Source: Candidatus Obscuribacterales bacterium (GTDB lineage Bacteria > Cyanobacteriota > Vampirovibrionia > Obscuribacterales > Obscuribacteraceae). Taken from it: a stretch of DNA of 64,000 nt. The translations under genes were made by a program, and so were the position numbers. The notes below the pieces were generated by a model, which saw only the letters and a list, made by a program, of their open reading frames with translations, was not told where the DNA came from and did not search any database. Location: positions 1,440,001 to 1,504,000 of the forward strand of contig CBDDIJ010000005.1 in NCBI GenBank assembly GCA_965228855.1. Direction: 5' to 3'. Shown one piece after another: positions 19,326 to 27,454 of the stretch (positions are counted from its first letter, which is position 1; each line of letters opens with the position of its first letter).

Positions 19326-19666
19326 TAGAGCTATGTATAGCGAGCTTCAAATACCACCAAGGTTCAGTACATTCGCGCGATGTCTTAGAGTCTCGCTAAC
19401 TCCTCTCTTGATTAAACATGCTCTTGACCTTTGTCCCGCCTGAACCCTAGGGTGGTCGACGTACGTGTTTTAATTTTCAACCAGAGGCAAACTTTCCAAC
19501 CGGAAAACCTCTCCCTCTTTCTCAACCTGACGTAAGTTCTCTAGCTACTCGCTAGGCGATAGGTGTGGGCTTTGCCGCGCCTTCTGTTTGAGCACCCGAT
19601 GCAACCGGATGCCCGAACTAGCCACGCTTTGTAGCAGAGCTGTCAATCAAACCCAAGGAGACAGCC

Positions 19667-20842
19667 ATGTTTGGTATCGACACCTCAGTGCTCATCGCAC
19701 TGCTGCTTATTGCTGTGGCGGTTGGCGCGGTTTTCGCAGCCAAGCGACGCAACAACATCGACAATCGGGTCATCGTCGTTTCCGACGAAGACTTCGACCC
19801 CGTTCACCGCGGCTGGGGCCACCGTCACGACGACGAAGGTCCTTGCAAGTTCGACCGCAACGAAGTCCGCCGCACGATGCACAACGCCGTGCCGCCCATC
19901 GACATGTCGAACATCCCGGCGCCCGAAGCCTTCGTCCAGAAGCTGCTGAAGTGCGTCAACGCCGACGAACTCGCCGAACTCGTCGCTGGACTGTCCGGCG
20001 AAAAGCCGGTCTACGTCGGCGACCAGCACGTCACCCTCAAGAGCCGCAGCACCCATGGTCCGGGCGTGTGGCTGGCGATGACGTGGCTCGAGCAGTTCTA
20101 CCGCTCGCTCGGAATCGAAGTGAAGCGCATCCCCTACAAGGTCGGCGGCGAAACGCTGTTCAACCTCGAGGCGATCAAGCGCGGCAAGTCGACCGGCAAG
20201 AAGCCGAAGGTCTACATCGCGGGCTCGCACCTCGATTCGACCGCCGGCAACACCTGGAGCAACGAGAAGGTCGCTCCTGGTGCGGATGATGACGGCTCCG
20301 GCACCATCGCCGTTCTGAAGCTCGCCGAAGCGATGAAGGACCTCGTCCTCCCGGACGACGTCGAAGTTCGCTATCTGCACTTCACCGGCGAGGAGCAGGG
20401 GCTCTGGGGCAGCAAGAAGTACGCTCAGGCGTGCAAGGCTGCCGGCGACAACATCATCCACATGTGGCAGTGCGACATGATCGGCTACTGCCGCACCGAG
20501 GAGCACATGTTCGACATCCACGACAACGTGGACCAGAACGGCAGCCACGAGATGACCGTGCTCCTCGTTCGCACCATCGCCCAGTACGGTCTCAACCTGA
20601 AGCCCATCGACACGCACAACCGCGCGGTCGAAGGTCGCAGCGACCACGCTCCGTTCACGGCCTACGGCTGGAAGGGCGTGCTCGTCAGCGAGCGCTTCAC
20701 GGACGAGGACTTCACGCCGTACTACCACACCACCGAAGACCGCGTCGGCAAGTTCCGCATGCCGTTCTACGTGGCGATCGTTCAGGCGATGATCGCGACC
20801 CTCATCCACGACTCGGGCGCCAAGCCGGCCAGCCTGCGTTAA
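19667..20842 (+). CDS. M28 family metallopeptidase (aminopeptidase-like) with N-terminal TM anchor
   Basis: GSHLDS, PGADDDGSG, FTGEEQGLWGS, CDMIG, SDHAPF, YHTTED; AAGGAG RBS; strongly GC3-rich. Confidence 0.9.
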   Translation: MFGIDTSVLIALLLIAVAVGAVFAAKRRNNIDNRVIVVSDEDFDPVHRGWGHRHDDEGPCKFDRNEVRRTMHNAVPPIDMSNIPAPEAFVQKLLKCVNADELAELVAGLSGEKPVYVGDQHVTLKSRSTHGPGVWLAMTWLEQFYRSLGIEVKRIPYKVGGETLFNLEAIKRGKSTGKKPKVYIAGSHLDSTAGNTWSNEKVAPGADDDGSGTIAVLKLAEAMKDLVLPDDVEVRYLHFTGEEQGLWGSKKYAQACKAAGDNIIHMWQCDMIGYCRTEEHMFDIHDNVDQNGSHEMTVLLVRTIAQYGLNLKPIDTHNRAVEGRSDHAPFTAYGWKGVLVSERFTDEDFTPYYHTTEDRVGKFRMPFYVAIVQAMIATLIHDSGAKPASLR

Positions 20843-20923
20843 CGCTTCGCAAGGGTGAGTTGCACACCCTCGCTTAGCGTGCGTCAGGTTGAATCCGGTT
20901 GGACCTCCAACGAAAGGGACATT

Positions 20924-21175
20924 TTGAGAAGAACTCATCGTGAAACGGTGCTGATGCGCAATCGTCAGCGCCTCTCCATGCAGCACCACAACCTCTCCGC
21001 AGAAGAGGCTCCGCAGGGGCGTTTCCGCAAACGGCATCCGCTGGATTGTGGTCGTGCCAAGTGCAAGCTCTGTTCTGGCGAAAAGCTCTTCGGCAAGCGT
21101 TCGGTAAATCGCCAGCGCGCCGACGAAGCCTTCTCCTGCCAGCTCGCCGAAGTCGAGTCTGCTGTTAGCGCGTAG
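20924..21175 (+). CDS. Small basic Cys/His-rich hypothetical protein
   Basis: AAGGGA RBS then TTG at 20924; HPLDCGRAKCKLC motif. Confidence 0.6.
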   Translation: MRRTHRETVLMRNRQRLSMQHHNLSAEEAPQGRFRKRHPLDCGRAKCKLCSGEKLFGKRSVNRQRADEAFSCQLAEVESAVSA

Positions 21176-21193
21176 GTGCAGTCCCATCAACCT

Positions 21194-21236
21194 GGGGCGG
21201 TTGGAGTAACAGTCGCAAGACAACTCTGACCGCCCC
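21194..21236 (+). other. Long GC-rich stem-loop with GCAA tetraloop
   Basis: GGGGCGGTTGGAGT pairs with ACTCTGACCGCCCC; inner GTC-GCAA-GAC. Confidence 0.6.
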
Positions 21237-21297
21237 GCACGAGACGAAGAACAAGGCCACAAGCCAACCTTCTTCGCCTCGTGTTTTCCAGAACTTG

Positions 21298-21410
21298 TCT
21301 ACTATATGCCGACATAGTCCGCAACACCCAAAGTGCAGTCCAGGCATGCTTTCCCACCCAAACGCCCTTGCCCAACCTCCTGCAAACCCGGTTTTGGCTA
21401 TCCAGCTATG
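21298..21410. repeat. Dispersed repeat copy B, interrupted by IS110 (continues at 22676-22690)
   Basis: Removing the IS restores TTTGGCTATCCAGCTATG|ACGGATTTAGAAAAT, versus copy A TTTGGCTATCCCACGATGACGGAATTCGCGAAAT. Confidence 0.6.
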
Positions 21411-21425
21411 AGATAGTGTGTTCGC

Positions 21426-21431
21426 TGTCAA
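21426..21431 (-). promoter_or_regulatory. -35 box TTGACA of the IS circle-junction promoter (paired -10 TACGTT at 22673-22668)
   Basis: Joining the two IS ends gives TTGACA-gcgaacacactatcttg(17 nt)-TACGTT just upstream of the bridge RNA. Confidence 0.8.
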
Positions 21432-22393
21432 CAATGAACGCTTAGATGATTGGGATTAAATGGTGTCTTTGTCCTGTAGATCGCCATCATGATGCGAAGT
21501 AGCTTGCGCATGGCGGCGCACAAGATGACTTTCCTTGGTTTGCACTTCTCTGCCAACTTTGTCGCGAATTTTTGAATGGCAGGGTTTGATCGAACTGCGC
21601 TCAGAGACGCCATGTAGAAAACTTTCCGGAGGCGCTTGCAGCCTTTCTTAGACATCTTCGGACGCCCTCGAACAGAAGTTCCAGACTCGCGCAATTCCGG
21701 AGTCAAGCCGCAGTAGCTCTCGACTTCTCTCAACGACTCGAAGGAATCCAAGCCGGAAATTTCCGTGAGAAACGTGAGTGCCGAGATCAAACCGACTCCA
21801 GGGATGGTTTGCAGTAAGGCGAGATCGTTCTGAAATTGCGGTTCGGACTTGATCAAGAGGTCTCGAGCCTGTTCCAGCAGCAAAATCTCATTGTTGATGA
21901 ATTCGATTTGCCGCTGAAGCGAGATACTCACAGGTTCGTCGAGCCGACCGGACTCGGTACGATTCACGGTTCTGGTTCGGTCGGTCTTGAGCGCATCAAT
22001 GTGACGCTCAATGTTGCGAATCTTCCGGACCACGTCCGGGAGGGGCGTCCAGGTCTTCGGTTGAATCAGTTTGCAAAACTGTGCGATTACCTCGGCATCA
22101 ATTGCGTCCGTCTTTGAACGCTTCAACAGGCTTTTGCCAAAGTTTTTGATCTGAACAGGATTGACGACGCTGACGGCAAAACCTTTGTCGCAGAAGTATT
22201 CTGCGAGTGGCTCCCAGAGCTTTCCAGTGGCCTCCATGCAAATTTGTACTTCGCTTTCGGTGTGCTGATTCAGCCACTTCTCAATTCGCCGAAATCCGCT
22301 GTCAGAGTTGTCAGCGTGCAACTTCCGCCCTCGTTCCGAGAGCAGATAGCAATCCACAGTCTCTTTAGAGATGTCTATCCCAAGTGATATCAC
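21428..22393 (-). CDS. IS110 family bridge recombinase/transposase (321 aa)
   Basis: DEDD RuvC-like residues (GIDISK, CMEATG, KTDAIDA), IPGVG, catalytic-Ser motif ESGTS; GGAGG RBS before GTG. Confidence 0.95.
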   Translation of the reverse strand: MISLGIDISKETVDCYLLSERGRKLHADNSDSGFRRIEKWLNQHTESEVQICMEATGKLWEPLAEYFCDKGFAVSVVNPVQIKNFGKSLLKRSKTDAIDAEVIAQFCKLIQPKTWTPLPDVVRKIRNIERHIDALKTDRTRTVNRTESGRLDEPVSISLQRQIEFINNEILLLEQARDLLIKSEPQFQNDLALLQTIPGVGLISALTFLTEISGLDSFESLREVESYCGLTPELRESGTSVRGRPKMSKKGCKRLRKVFYMASLSAVRSNPAIQKFATKLAEKCKPRKVILCAAMRKLLRIMMAIYRTKTPFNPNHLSVHC

Positions 22394-22444
22394 GATGCGC
22401 CTCCATTTAGACTTGCCAACCTACACAGGACGCGGATAGAATCT

Positions 22445-22662
22445 TGTCAGGGCGAGCCTTGTACGCATGCTAAATCGTTCTAGGATTTGCATCTGATAGT
22501 GTTCAGCCTCAGAGGACAAGACAGAAACGGAAGTCCAAACCTCATAGCCTGACTTCGCGGTCATACGCTTTTTCCTGGTTTCTTCCGTTTCTCTATCCTC
22601 GCGTCCTCGGATAGCCTTGCCGACAGCAGGACCTGGTGTCAATTGATTGGGTCTGCTGTCAA
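22445..22662 (-). ncRNA. Bridge RNA (5' hairpin, target-binding loop, donor-binding loop)
   Basis: 5' hairpin 22622-22660; left target guide AAAAAGCGT (22573-22565); right target guide GCTATGAG (22548-22541); left donor guide ACACTATC (22502-22495); right donor guide CGTACAAG (22465-22458); RNA ends approximate. Confidence 0.85.
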
Positions 22663-22744
22663 TCTCTAACGTACAACGGATTTAGAAAATTCCGGCATCG
22701 TAGCGTAGACAAACCACCTTGTATTACTGCGACTACAGCGACGT

Positions 22745-22926
22745 CAAAACCGGTCAACGCTTGCGGCACAGACTCTTCCAGCTTTCACAAACCAACTACG
22801 ACGTTTAGTAGTCTTTCGCGTGACTGCAAAACCGGTCAATGCTTGCGGCACAGACCTTTTCAGCATTTGCATATCCACCACTGCATCTAGTAGCAAAAGC
22901 CGACAGCCACTACTGCATTTAGTAGT
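22745..22926. repeat. 82-bp-period direct repeat with three palindromic boxes
   Basis: CAAAACCGGTCAAYGCTTGCGGCACAGAC at 22745 and 22827; boxes TACGACGTTTAGTA (22797), CACTGCATCTAGTA (22879), TACTGCATTTAGTA (22911). Confidence 0.75.
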
Positions 22927-23011
22927 AAATTTTTCAAGAGAACCAGCCGCAGAATTGAGTTCTGCAGCCGGTTCTGAGAAGACCACTCGTCAGAGCGGTT
23001 CAATAGCGGTT

Positions 23012-23248
23012 CTACGCGCTTCGCCGAAGTGCTACGCGCTCCACACGCAACTCAGGATGCACCTGCGCGCCCTTGTCGCGAGTCCTACCAATCGTTTTGC
23101 CGCAGCACTCACACACGTCTAACTGACGGCTGTGCACGCGACAACAGAGGTGACCGCGAGGAATGCTGAATTTGCAGCCTTCAGCCGTACACTTGCGAGT
23201 GCCCTCGCCTTCATGATTTTCGTTTGCAGAACATTTTTTGCAGACCAT
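23012..23248 (-). CDS. Small Cys-rich putative zinc-binding protein
   Basis: GGAG RBS; CKKC, CTAEGC, CCRVH, CECCG motifs. Confidence 0.6.
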   Translation of the reverse strand: MVCKKCSANENHEGEGTRKCTAEGCKFSIPRGHLCCRVHSRQLDVCECCGKTIGRTRDKGAQVHPELRVERVALRRSA

Positions 23249-23327
23249 AAAGTCTCCAGGTTAGAACTTGAACTCGGCCGGAAGCCGAGGCACGCGCCTC
23301 ACGCTTCCGACCGAAAACACCCACGAA

Positions 23328-23855
23328 TCAGTTATTGCACCTTGAACTGCTGAACCACCGTGCCGACAGGAACGCGGAATCCTGACGCACGTAGCGTTCG
23401 CGTTCCTTCAGGAAGATGCCCCAGTTGTACAGCGCCGAATCCGGATCGCACTCGCGAATCGTCGTGCGCCAGTAACCGACGTCCTTCAGCTCCGGGTCTT
23501 CGATGAGGCGCACGAGATCATTGGCGTACACCGAGCGGGGAGCCAGGCTGCCGTCGTCCATGCGCTGCATGAAGTTGTAGGTCACGGTGCTGTTGACGGA
23601 GCCGGAGCCCCAGATGAAAGTACCGGACAGCCCGTCCGAGCTGCGCATCGAGACGAGCGTGCCCGGTCCGTATACCGTGTCCTTCATCGGCACGAATGCA
23701 CCGACCACCATCGCACAGATGAAGCCGACGAAGGCACCAGCGCAAGGTCCGGCGATGCCGCCGAACAGGAACTTGCCCCAGCTGCGCTCGCCGAAGACGG
23801 CGATGATGACACCGAGCAGAAAACCGACGGCGACACCAAGCAGAATTGAGTTCAT
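23328..23855 (-). CDS. GC-rich hypothetical membrane protein (phage-like), probable 1-nt frameshift near its 3' end
   Basis: Two N-terminal TM segments, SGTFIWGSG; a shifted frame after CAG GA reads FRVPVGTVVQQFKVQ-stop with matching codon style. Confidence 0.6.
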   Translation of the reverse strand: MNSILLGVAVGFLLGVIIAVFGERSWGKFLFGGIAGPCAGAFVGFICAMVVGAFVPMKDTVYGPGTLVSMRSSDGLSGTFIWGSGSVNSTVTYNFMQRMDDGSLAPRSVYANDLVRLIEDPELKDVGYWRTTIRECDPDSALYNWGIFLKERERYVRQDSAFLSARWFSSSRCNN

Positions 23856-24332
23856 ATCAGTTGTCCTTTGCTAGTAGTGAGCGGTTTCAGTCCGCTTCCA
23901 GCCACGAGTTGAAGGTGATAGACGCGCTTCTCCACGAAAATCGAACGCAGAGCGAAACGACCTCGTGCCGAAACAGCTGACAGAGCCAACGGTTTCAATC
24001 TCGAAGAGATAGTCTGGTTGTTATTCTTGGCTGAGTCTCTCGGAAAATAAAAAGCGCGAATACGTTCTCATCTTGTTCTTCTGTTCTTCCAACAAGCAAA
24101 CATTGTGAACAGAATCAAACCAAAATCGCGTTCTTTGACCTAGCGCGCTTTCACTAGCAAGCGCAGGCCGCGCGCCGGCGCCAACGATTCGCGAGCAATA
24201 TCCGATCTCGAGGTGCTGCGTATTTTCCCCACTGCAACTGCGAAAGTCGCGATTGGTACAGCCTCGGTCTTTCTATGCAAGTCTCCGAGACGCCCTCCGT
24301 GTGCTACAGAGCAGTCGGAGGACTGGACTCTC

Positions 24333-24671
24333 ATGAAAAACATGGTTTTAATCGCGACACTGTTATCCTCGATGGCGGGACAGGCATTAGCGGACCAACT
24401 CAGCGTGGATGCGCCGCAGCTCGATCAGAAGGACACTGCTGTGAATCAGCAAATTTTTGAGCTGGAAAAAAACAACGTGCTGTCGAGCACGGAGGCCGCT
24501 GTTCTGCAGGCGCGCCGCGGCAACATCATGAGAGAGGCAAACATCCGCCGGAAGAAAAACAATGGCATCCTGCCAACTGCCGACCTTCGCGAACTAAGTA
24601 AGCGCATGGACAACATGTCAAAGCAGGTCAGCAGGCGCGTAGCAGCCCGTTCCACAACGACTACGCAGTAG
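24333..24671 (+). CDS. Secreted helical hypothetical protein
   Basis: Signal peptide MKNMVLIATLLSSMAGQALA; GGAGG upstream. Confidence 0.7.
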   Translation: MKNMVLIATLLSSMAGQALADQLSVDAPQLDQKDTAVNQQIFELEKNNVLSSTEAAVLQARRGNIMREANIRRKKNNGILPTADLRELSKRMDNMSKQVSRRVAARSTTTTQ

Positions 24672-24673
24672 TC

Positions 24674-25324
24674 CTATTTCTTCATCATCGAATTCATCAG
24701 GCGAAATAACTCGTCGAGATCACTGTGCCTAACGAGAAATGTAAGCTCGGTGTATGTCGAAATCAATTCAACAATGTTGAGTTTTCTAACCGCGAGCGAC
24801 CGCAGCAGAGCAAAATACATGTTCGGAGTGTCGATGTACTGTTCGCCAAATTGCACGGTAAGTGCTGCCAAATTCTCCAGGTGAATCTTCGGCTTGTCTG
24901 GCTGAAAGTTCTTCAGGATTGGCTTGGATAGAGACATTGGTGCAAAGATGGAAATCTCTCCGGCACCGTAAGTGACCGTCAAAAAATCGGCCTGTGCGAA
25001 TTCAACTGCCGTGTAGAGCCGCTGGGCACGTAGCTTATTCTCCGCAGTTTTATTGAACGCGACTTCCACAAGATTCGACTTCACGGATATGCTATCCATC
25101 TCAACCTTGGGCAGAAGCGGATCTTCAGTGGTCAACTCGGCACTCAAGCGCGACAGTGCCACCACTATGGTGCCTATTTGAACTGGTTTCATGGCTTTAC
25201 GCTCTACATCAGCTTGAATTCGCTTAGCGTAAGCGGAAAGATTGAGAGCTTTACGCGAAAGCACCGTCAGCTCAGGCTCTGACGATAAAACTATTGCGCG
25301 GACGATATCGCTGACTTTGTTCAT
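24674..25324 (-). CDS. ACT-domain protein (aspartate-kinase-regulatory-like, no kinase domain)
   Basis: LNLSAYAKRI..GTIVVALSR N-terminus; C-terminal ACT-like NIVELISTYTELTFLV. Confidence 0.7.
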   Translation of the reverse strand: MNKVSDIVRAIVLSSEPELTVLSRKALNLSAYAKRIQADVERKAMKPVQIGTIVVALSRLSAELTTEDPLLPKVEMDSISVKSNLVEVAFNKTAENKLRAQRLYTAVEFAQADFLTVTYGAGEISIFAPMSLSKPILKNFQPDKPKIHLENLAALTVQFGEQYIDTPNMYFALLRSLAVRKLNIVELISTYTELTFLVRHSDLDELFRLMNSMMKK

Positions 25325-25548
25325 TTTGTAATAAATATAACAAATAGAACTTAAATGTACCAATGCTTTAGAAATTTTACTTCAGAACCGCATGACGGTA
25401 GAGTGAATAAGCCGCAGACGACACTCTGCGAATGGCAAATATCGCTAAGACATATTAAATAGAGACCACGCGCAGAAGCTGACTGCACGCGCGTCTCGCC
25501 ACGCCTCCGCCAACCGTATAGATTCAGCGCATATAAGAGGAAAAACAT

Positions 25549-26076
25549 ATGACAGTCTTAACTAGACAAGCAGTCCCCGAAGACGCTCACGAAATCTATG
25601 AGATGATTCGCGCTCTTGCGGAGTACGAGAAAGAAGAAAACAGCGTGAAAGTTTCTGCTGATGACTTGCATGAGCAAATGCAGCTGTCGGAGCGCCCCTT
25701 CGAGTGCCTGCTGGCCATTCAAAATGGAATGACCTGCGGATTCGCCTTGTACTTTTATACTTATTCTACGTGGGAAGGCAGTCGCTCTCTATATCTCGAG
25801 GACCTGTTTGTTTATCCGACTGCAAGAGGCACCGGTGCTGGTGCAGCCTTAATGACAGCGCTGGCGACGATCGCTCAAGAAAAGCAATGCCGGAGGTTCG
25901 AGTGGTCCGTGCTGAATTGGAACTCGTCGGCTATCCACTTCTATGAAAGGCTAGGCGCGGAGCCAGTTTCCGGCTGGACGCGTTATCGAATGGACGGCGA
26001 TACTTTGCGAAACTTTGCACGCGAAAGATCGACACCAATTACCACCGCCGATCGACCACAAGCGAAACGCGCATGA
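25549..26076 (+). CDS. GNAT family N-acetyltransferase (SSAT/diamine acetyltransferase-like)
   Basis: LAEYEK, YSTWEG, LYLEDLFV, RGTGAG, WSVLNWN..AIHFYERLGA. Confidence 0.9.
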   Translation: MTVLTRQAVPEDAHEIYEMIRALAEYEKEENSVKVSADDLHEQMQLSERPFECLLAIQNGMTCGFALYFYTYSTWEGSRSLYLEDLFVYPTARGTGAGAALMTALATIAQEKQCRRFEWSVLNWNSSAIHFYERLGAEPVSGWTRYRMDGDTLRNFARERSTPITTADRPQAKRA

Positions 26077-26346
26077 GAAGCAAATCTCCGCCTTCCTTTC
26101 TTCAGAATGTCAGTATTGGTGGGCATTTCTGCAGCATCACCGATATACTATCGCGCTATTGTAAACTCGACGGAGAGGAACGTCTGACCTAGCAAGAGAA
26201 GCACCGCGAGTAGTGCAGGGATCGCGACCTTCCATCTCCCGAAAGTTGAAAAACTCAATAGAAGATTTAGTGTTCAGCTGCTTAACAGCTTGCTGAACCG
26301 ATTACACGCAGGCGAATGCGTTCAAGACAAGGAAAGGAGATAAGTC

Positions 26347-27384
26347 ATGTTTGGAAGGAAATTGCAGATACCCCTGGCACTCAGCGCATTAATAGCGGTA
26401 GGAGCCCTGTACACGCCGCTGGCGTCGCAGGCAGACAATCTGCTGGTCAAGGAAACACGCTCGATCCACCTGTGCGGTGACCTGTTCGAGATCGAGGCGA
26501 ATGCGGACAAAATGACTGCTGCAGAGCGTGCCAAAATTATTCAAAAGAACCTGGATGATGCATTGATCAAGGCGCTTGATCGCAGCCCGGACTCAGTGGC
26601 CGTGCGAGTGAAGAACAAACAGCCGGTTGTAGAATTGAACGGTTATCATATCGCGACAGCAGACTCCAACAGCGCAATCCGAAAAGGTGTTTCGCAAATG
26701 GAACTGGCGAACGAATGGGCGCAGAGTATTCGTGAGTGCCTCGCTGACCAAACTTCAGTAGAGAGGTATATATCAGCTCTTCAAGAGCCCGCGAAGGTCT
26801 CGACCGGTTTGGTGAAAACCCACAAGCACATCGCCGTGGTCCCGCCGGAGACTCGAATGCCAATTAAACTGTTGAGCGCATTCCACTTTGATGGCACCAC
26901 CATTGGTGACTCCGTTACCGCTGTCATCAGCAGAGACGTTCCATTGGGTCCGCAGTTCGACACATACTTGCCCGCAGGAACACTGGTGCACGGTAATGTG
27001 CTGGACGCTGAAGAATTCACTTATAACGGTTTTCCAGGTGACTCGACTGTGACCATTCAGTTCACCAAGTTGGAAACGCCGGATGGTCAACAGATCCCCA
27101 TCCAAGCCTTTGTGGTTGGCGGCGTCAACGAATTTGAAATCGCTGCGAAAGAGCAAGTTGATCCGCAGGGCGCTCTCGACATGACCACTGGCGCGACCAG
27201 CACGAAAGGTCTGATCTCGGGTGCATGGGTTGGCAACCAATACGCTAAGGACGAACAATCCCGATTGCCGCGTCTGTTCATGAGCCGAGGAGCGGTCTTC
27301 GACATCGGCCCCATGGAAGAGCTACAGCTTGAAACTACGGCGACAACAAGCATCGCCATTGCTGAGCCAGTAGGCACTATCTAG
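26347..27384 (+). CDS. Secreted hypothetical protein (paralog 1) with a TrbI/VirB10-like C-terminal beta domain
   Basis: Signal peptide; AAGGAG RBS; N-domain homologous to 27455-28345; LPAGTLVHGNV..IQFTKLETPDG. Confidence 0.7.
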   Translation: MFGRKLQIPLALSALIAVGALYTPLASQADNLLVKETRSIHLCGDLFEIEANADKMTAAERAKIIQKNLDDALIKALDRSPDSVAVRVKNKQPVVELNGYHIATADSNSAIRKGVSQMELANEWAQSIRECLADQTSVERYISALQEPAKVSTGLVKTHKHIAVVPPETRMPIKLLSAFHFDGTTIGDSVTAVISRDVPLGPQFDTYLPAGTLVHGNVLDAEEFTYNGFPGDSTVTIQFTKLETPDGQQIPIQAFVVGGVNEFEIAAKEQVDPQGALDMTTGATSTKGLISGAWVGNQYAKDEQSRLPRLFMSRGAVFDIGPMEELQLETTATTSIAIAEPVGTI

Positions 27385-27454
27385 GCGCCGCGCGTTATCA
27401 ATTCAAACGCGCAAATAATTAGGATTATTCAAAAAAATTTTTAGGAGTTAGATC

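Larger units (their letters stand above)
21411..22675 (-). mobile_element. Complete IS110-family (IS621-type) insertion sequence, about 1265 bp
   Basis: Minus-strand right end ACACTATCT at 21419-21411 and left end TGTACG from 22675 both match the internal donor guides; no terminal inverted repeats; long 5' non-coding end. Confidence 0.9.

Noticed and set aside
19480..19620. Possible c-di-GMP riboswitch upstream of the M28 peptidase (GGCAAAC hairpin)
   Set aside because: Lacks the GNRA loop/receptor and second-stem consensus
19685..21262. 525-aa minus-strand ORF
   Set aside because: Antisense shadow of the GC-rich M28 peptidase gene; no motifs of its own
22609..22616. Extra 8-nt complementarity (GGCTATCC) between the bridge RNA linker and the target flank at 21396-21403
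   Set aside because: Short enough to be chance, and it can pair intramolecularly with nearby GGATAG; not supported as a third guide
22745..22926. Possible mini CRISPR array
   Set aside because: Only two long repeats, the intervening sequences are themselves similar, and no cas genes are in the window
22421..23122. Short ORFs over the IS non-coding end and the adjacent repeat (KPVNACGTD in two frames)
   Set aside because: Explained by the bridge RNA and the DNA repeat; no consistent frame or convincing RBS
20842..23314. Hairpins as integron attC sites
   Set aside because: No clear RYYYAAC/GTTRRRY pair bounding the stems and no integron integrase in the window
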